Origin: Vibrio vulnificus CMCP6
GTDB taxonomy: Bacteria; Pseudomonadota; Gammaproteobacteria; Enterobacterales; Vibrionaceae
Assembly: GCF_000039765.1 (NCBI RefSeq)
Contig: NC_004460.2
Location: forward strand, 1,050,001 to 1,082,000
Reading direction: 5' to 3'
DNA length: 32,000 nt
The translations under genes and the position numbers were made by a program. Numbering within the stretch: the stretch's first letter is position 1; the number at the start of each line of letters is the position of its first letter. Of the stretch, positions 27,785 through 32,000 are shown piece by piece. The notes under the pieces were generated by a model that searched no databases, was not told where the DNA came from, and saw only the letters and a list, made by a program, of their open reading frames with translations.

Positions 27785-28759
27785 TTACGCGTAATTGGCC
27801 GACCATTGCTCAAGGAGCGATTGGTACGGTTTGATGAAATGCGCTTCGGCAAAGCGACCTTGTTCAATAGCCAATTGGCTGCGCTCTTCTCGGTCGTAGA
27901 CGATTTGAGTTAACGAGTGGTCAAGGTTCTTCAAGTTGGGTTGGTAGCGTTGCCCTGCTACGGCATTGGCGTTGTAAATCTCCGGGCGGTAAATCTTTTG
28001 GAACGTCTCCATGGTGCTGATGGTACTGATGAGCTCAAGGTTCGAGTAATCGTTCAGCAAGTCACCAAAGAAATAAAACGCCAGCGGCGCAACGCTGTTT
28101 GGCGGCATAAAGTAGCGCACCTGCAAGCCCATTTTCTGGAAGTATTGCTCGGTCAGCGAGGAGTCGTTGGGCAGATACTCATACCCCAACACCGGATGCT
28201 GGTTTTCCGTGCGGCGGTAGATCTTGTTGTCCGACACGCTCAGGCAGATCACGGGTAGCTTTTTGAAATGCTGTTGATACTCAGCCGAGCTGACAAACGC
28301 CTTAAACAGCTTGCCGTGCAGCTCACCAAAATTCGCTGGAATGCTGAACTGAGGCTGATTTTTGTTGTGATCCAGCAACAGCACGCTGAAGTCGTAATCA
28401 CGCACATAAGACGAGAAGTTGTTGCCGACAATGCCTTCAATGCGCTCATTGGTTTTTCGGTCAAGAATGTTGGTTTTGAGCACTTCAATCGAGGGAAAAG
28501 CGTCGCCACTGCCGTGAATATCGATATCCACGGAGATGATGTCCAACTCCACCGAGTAACGATCGCCGGCTGGGTTATCCCAACTCGCCATGGCGTTAAA
28601 ACGGTTGTTGATCATGCGAAGCGCATTGCGCAGGTTCTCTTGACGGCGCTGACCACGAGCCAAGTTGGCAAAGTTGGTGGTGATGCGCGTGTTGTCCGAG
28701 GGCTGGTAGTTCTCGTCAAAGCGAATGCGTTTGATCGCAAACGTGAAATCGTTGTTCAT
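27785..28759 (-). CDS. mesX: DUF1852 protein (MesX-like), 324 aa
   Basis: Start at MNNDFTFAIKRIRFDENYQPSDNTRITTNFANLARGQRRQENLRNALRMINNRFNAMASWDNP; recalled as DUF1852/MesX; 30 bp upstream of the MesD-like gene. Confidence 0.8.
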   Translation of the reverse strand: MNNDFTFAIKRIRFDENYQPSDNTRITTNFANLARGQRRQENLRNALRMINNRFNAMASWDNPAGDRYSVELDIISVDIDIHGSGDAFPSIEVLKTNILDRKTNERIEGIVGNNFSSYVRDYDFSVLLLDHNKNQPQFSIPANFGELHGKLFKAFVSSAEYQQHFKKLPVICLSVSDNKIYRRTENQHPVLGYEYLPNDSSLTEQYFQKMGLQVRYFMPPNSVAPLAFYFFGDLLNDYSNLELISTISTMETFQKIYRPEIYNANAVAGQRYQPNLKNLDHSLTQIVYDREERSQLAIEQGRFAEAHFIKPYQSLLEQWSANYA

Positions 28760-29411
28760 GGTGAGTGGGTCTCCTATTTCCTTAGATAACGCTGACTTTT
28801 CCTCTCTGGGCATGGGGTGGTTGTGTTTTTTGGTTTTCCCAATCGCCAGTTTGCGCTGCGTTTCGTCTTTGACACAAAAACGCACTCACCTTGGCAAGCA
28901 CCAGAGCAGTCCGGTTTTTATACTTGCTTCGCGACTTGAAGAATATTGGTATTGTTTCACATTGAACATGAAGGAAATTCATGGTTTAGGAATGAGCGGC
29001 GGCAGGAAAAGCACCCACCAGCCGCCAACAACATGAACGATGAAGGTTTTGTTTGCAATGACAGTCCGTAGCGAGCTCAATGTGCACGCTACCCAATCAT
29101 TCAAAAATTAAGATCATGCAACATTGCCAATAACGATAGCGATAAAAAACAGTTGTCGTACATTGAGAAGATTTACCCCCAACATCCACAAAAATTGTTA
29201 TCTCATCTTCATCAATGAGTTTACGCACGAAAAGCCTGACTTAATGAAAATAATTTTGGAAGTCATTAGTAAAAATCGAGGTGAGGTGTTCGAAAGCAAT
29301 ATCAATAAATATTCAGCAAAAAAGAAATAGATTTTCCGACTCAATTTTCACTCGCTATTTAGGCAATACCAATCAATGCAATAAAAATTGCTTCTCTAGA
29401 GATAAACGATA

Positions 29412-29432
29412 ATAGGAAATAGGAAATAGGAA
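29412..29432. repeat. Short heptamer tandem repeat (ATAGGAA)x3
   Basis: Read directly in the AT-rich intergenic region. Confidence 0.85.
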
Positions 29433-29678
29433 AAAAACATCGAATAAAATACTAATTTACTAATGTCTAATTTTTAAATCGTATACAAAATCTTTACTCT
29501 GACATACCTACGAACACTTTTACTTAAATCATGCAGATTTTTCACAAAATTATTCATGTTTTCTATCAATAAAATATTGCACACTGTTCATCAGTTATCT
29601 TGATCATTAAGGAAATGGTTCAGACTAGGAAGTAACTGGATAACAAAGTGTTGTATTAATTTAAAGATAGGAACAAAC

Positions 29679-30293
29679 ATGACAAACAAATCCATTCTTA
29701 CTCTAGTTATCGCAGGAACAATCTCTTTTGGAGCGCAGTCAGAGCCGTACTTAGGTGCTTCACTAGGCTTAGCATCGTTTAAAAATGCGGTGGGGAATGC
29801 TAACACGAGTTTTGGTTCTGGTTCGATGGACTTGGCACTAGACGATGATCAAAGCGTTGCGGGCAGTATCTATGGCGGTTATAAGTTCAATTCATTTCTC
29901 GCTCTTGAAGGTGCTATTGGTGGGTACGATGCTTTAGAAGACACTTATGTAACTGTCGGTAATATGTACTTTTTATCCGTTCAACCCAAATTATCATTTT
30001 CATTAACCGACACTTTTGAATTGTATGCGAAGGCAGGGGTAGCCTATTTCAACGCAGAGTTTAAAGTGTCGAATGCTCTGGTAAATGCACCGGGCTACTC
30101 TACCCTTTCTGATAGCACTTTAACGGGTATGTATGGTTTAGGTGCTGAACTTAAATTATCACCAACGTTTCATATTCGAGCATCTTGGGACTTCATGCGC
30201 CCAGAATTGGATGTCGTGAAAGTTGGCACGGAAAATATCAGTATTGAATCAGACATTAGCGTATTCTCTTTAGGCGCTAGCTATCATTTTTAA
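29679..30293 (+). CDS. Small outer-membrane beta-barrel protein, 204 aa
   Basis: MTNKSILTLVIAGTISFGAQSEPYLGASLGLASFKN...'SIYGGYKFNSFLALEGAIGGYD'...'FELYAKAGVAYFNAEF'...'GLGAELKLSPTFHIRASWDFMRPE'...'SDISVFSLGASYHF' (terminal aromatic). Confidence 0.9.
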   Translation: MTNKSILTLVIAGTISFGAQSEPYLGASLGLASFKNAVGNANTSFGSGSMDLALDDDQSVAGSIYGGYKFNSFLALEGAIGGYDALEDTYVTVGNMYFLSVQPKLSFSLTDTFELYAKAGVAYFNAEFKVSNALVNAPGYSTLSDSTLTGMYGLGAELKLSPTFHIRASWDFMRPELDVVKVGTENISIESDISVFSLGASYHF

Positions 30294-30310
30294 AATTTTC
30301 CGGAAAATTT
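30293..30310. other. Perfect 18-bp palindrome AAATTTTCCGGAAAATTT at the 3' end of the barrel gene
   Basis: Read directly; begins on the last base of the TAA stop. Confidence 0.85.
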
Positions 30311-30616
30311 CTTGGTGGTAATATCTACCGGTTAAAACGAAAAATTTGGTAGCGTTAATCTGTCAAGTTAAATGTATCTGTGTGTTGGCCTCATCTTTTG
30401 GTAAGAAAAATGTGGCCAACATCAGAACGATTATCACTCGTTTTTCTTTTGAGCCTTAGATTAGAATTTTCTATCAGGCTATTCGAACTAAGTCTCTAAT
30501 TTACAACCAGATAGCGATAATCTCTTTTCGAGGAACCAAAGCTCGCCCACCATGACAAAACCCAGAGCATTCATTTTTCGCCACAGCTCAACTAACAGCA
30601 GGCAATTTACAAGGCG

Positions 30617-31618
30617 TTACGCAACCACTCTATTGCGTCCTTGGGATTTAGCATCATAAAGATTGGCATCGGCTTGACGATTAATTTCATCGACGCAACT
30701 CGATGCATGCGCCTCAGCCAAGCCAATGCTGACCGTCACTGAGATCGCCCCCTCTCGATAGTGAATGGGAGTATCACCAATGTTTTGACGGATGGTTTCC
30801 GCAGTCTTTAGGGCATGCTGGTGAGAAACACCCGCTAACAGAATACAGAACTCCTCTCCCCCTTGACGGAACACATTCTCCTCTCCCACCACATGAGCCA
30901 TCGTTTTCACCACGGACCGAAGCACGCAGTCTCCTCCGTCGTGGCCGTATTCATCATTGATGGCTTTAAAGTGATCGATATCCAATACCAATAAGAAGAA
31001 GGCTGTTCCTTGAGTTTTCAGCGCTTGGTAGCGATGTTTCAGAGCAAGGCGGTTATTGGTGCCAGTCAGCGGATCGAGCGTGGCCAACTTACTTAACTTG
31101 TTTTCCGTTGACACACGATTGAACTCATACACGTGCGCGATAGCCGCAATACTGAAATAACAAAAGGCGAAGTTGATCATCATCGTCAACATGTCAAAGT
31201 ACTGTTCTAAGTAAAATTGATAGGTGATGTTGACGATTTGAATTAAGAACAAACATGCGGTCGCCGCAAAACCCACTTTGTAGCCCAGCAACAAATAGTA
31301 AACGATTGGCAAAACCAGCGACCAAAAGAACACGCCATTGACCGTTGGCTTGAGGAAGGTGCCAAGAATAACGAGCAACGTAATACACAATGACATAATG
31401 TACTTGTGACCGTTGAATACACTACCCCTATCGATTTGGCGATAAACGTGCCAAGAGTAAAGCGCGTATAAGCCTTCCAACGTACCGTAGATGTAGCTCT
31501 GGCTAATAACAAAGTTACCGATAGCCATCAAGGCAGCCAAGCTTCCGATCCCAAGACTCATGCCTTTGAGCACTTTGAGGCGTAGCGTCAAGCTGCCATC
31601 AAGCTCGTTTATGTCCAT
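30617..31618 (-). CDS. Membrane-bound diguanylate cyclase (GGDEF domain), 333 aa
   Basis: Multiple N-terminal TM segments, then 'DPLTGTNNRLALKHRYQ...FFLLVLDIDHFKAINDEYGHDGGDCVL...EENVFRQGGEEFCILLAG'; active-site variant GGEEF. Confidence 0.95.
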   Translation of the reverse strand: MDINELDGSLTLRLKVLKGMSLGIGSLAALMAIGNFVISQSYIYGTLEGLYALYSWHVYRQIDRGSVFNGHKYIMSLCITLLVILGTFLKPTVNGVFFWSLVLPIVYYLLLGYKVGFAATACLFLIQIVNITYQFYLEQYFDMLTMMINFAFCYFSIAAIAHVYEFNRVSTENKLSKLATLDPLTGTNNRLALKHRYQALKTQGTAFFLLVLDIDHFKAINDEYGHDGGDCVLRSVVKTMAHVVGEENVFRQGGEEFCILLAGVSHQHALKTAETIRQNIGDTPIHYREGAISVTVSIGLAEAHASSCVDEINRQADANLYDAKSQGRNRVVA

Positions 31619-31700
31619 ATTTCCTTCCATGGGCTCAATGCTTTAAAACATCACGTATGATAACCTGATTAACTTATTGATAACAAGGACATCAATGCAT

Positions 31701-31898
31701 ATGTGCACACGTATATTCAACAACTTAAACGATAAATTTCCAGTGACAGCACGTAATATGGACTGGTATTGGCCCGTCAATACTTACTTCTACGCGTTTC
31801 CCAGAGGTACCGTAAACCGTGGTCTGAGCGCCGAGTCAACGGCCGAATTTTACATCGCACTTTCCGATGCCGAAGGCAACTCAACGGTGATTTGGTGA
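31701..31898 (+). pseudogene. Candidate truncated or frameshifted choloylglycine hydrolase / Ntn-hydrolase family start
   Basis: MCTRIFNNLNDKFPVTARNMDWYWPVNTYFYAFPRGTVNRGL resembles the family N-terminus (Cys2, 'TARNMDW', 'FPRG'), but the frame stops after 65 aa. Confidence 0.4.
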
Positions 31899-32000
31899 CG
31901 CTGTTTGTCGACGCCCAAGTTTATCTGGTGATCAAAAACAAACCGTACAAAAACACCTGCTCGGAATGCGGCAACTTCTATCACCATGTCTGTGATTTTG

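Noticed and set aside
28760-29000. MetJ box or SAM riboswitch upstream of mesX
   Set aside because: I looked for tandem AGACGTCT-like sites and did not find a convincing one; no riboswitch-like structure was recognised by eye.
29124-29330. Possible 68-aa protein in the AT-rich gap
   Set aside because: No strong ribosome-binding site, no recognised family; could be chance in low-GC DNA. Left as unsupported.
1-32000. Mobile island, prophage or defence system
   Set aside because: No transposase, integrase, phage structural, restriction, toxin-antitoxin or Cas-like protein was recognised in the ORF track, and gene content looks like stable chromosome.

Overview
This 32 kb window looks like ordinary but feature-rich gammaproteobacterial chromosome, probably Vibrio or a close relative (inferred from protein resemblance; no database was searched). 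It is densely coding, and I see no rRNA, tRNA, CRISPR array, transposase, integrase or phage module. In order it contains: the tail of a 2-hydroxyacid dehydrogenase; a Rof-like Rho-binding antiterminator; a chromosomal Qnr-like pentapeptide-repeat protein; a cupin; a sensory cluster (methyl-accepting chemotaxis protein, hybrid histidine kinase, REC-HD-GYP regulator); a DUF3316-type secreted protein followed by a 23-copy heptanucleotide array; lhgO plus a TRAP-TAXI transporter and a DctB/DctD-like two-component system; an alkylsulfatase; a second DUF3316-type gene with CusR/CusS-like regulators; a LysR/HlyD/DUF2955 efflux unit; a DUF1852 (MesX) / MesD-like methionine synthase pair; an outer-membrane beta-barrel protein; a diguanylate cyclase; and a possibly truncated choloylglycine-hydrolase-like start at the edge. 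I do not claim a new defence or mobile system. The best leads are (1) the perfect (TAGGTTC)x23 array that begins on a stop codon, (2) a chemoreceptor and hybrid kinase that share a homologous N-terminal sensing domain and lie beside an HD-GYP output protein, (3) a sigma54 promoter with three upstream copies of an ATGAGCAA-N4-TTGCTCAT operator in front of the TAXI-TRAP-lhgO genes, (4) a perfect CusR-type box (ATGACAAATTTGTCAT) between an alkylsulfatase and a DUF3316 gene, and (5) the mesX/mesD pair and the qnr-like gene.
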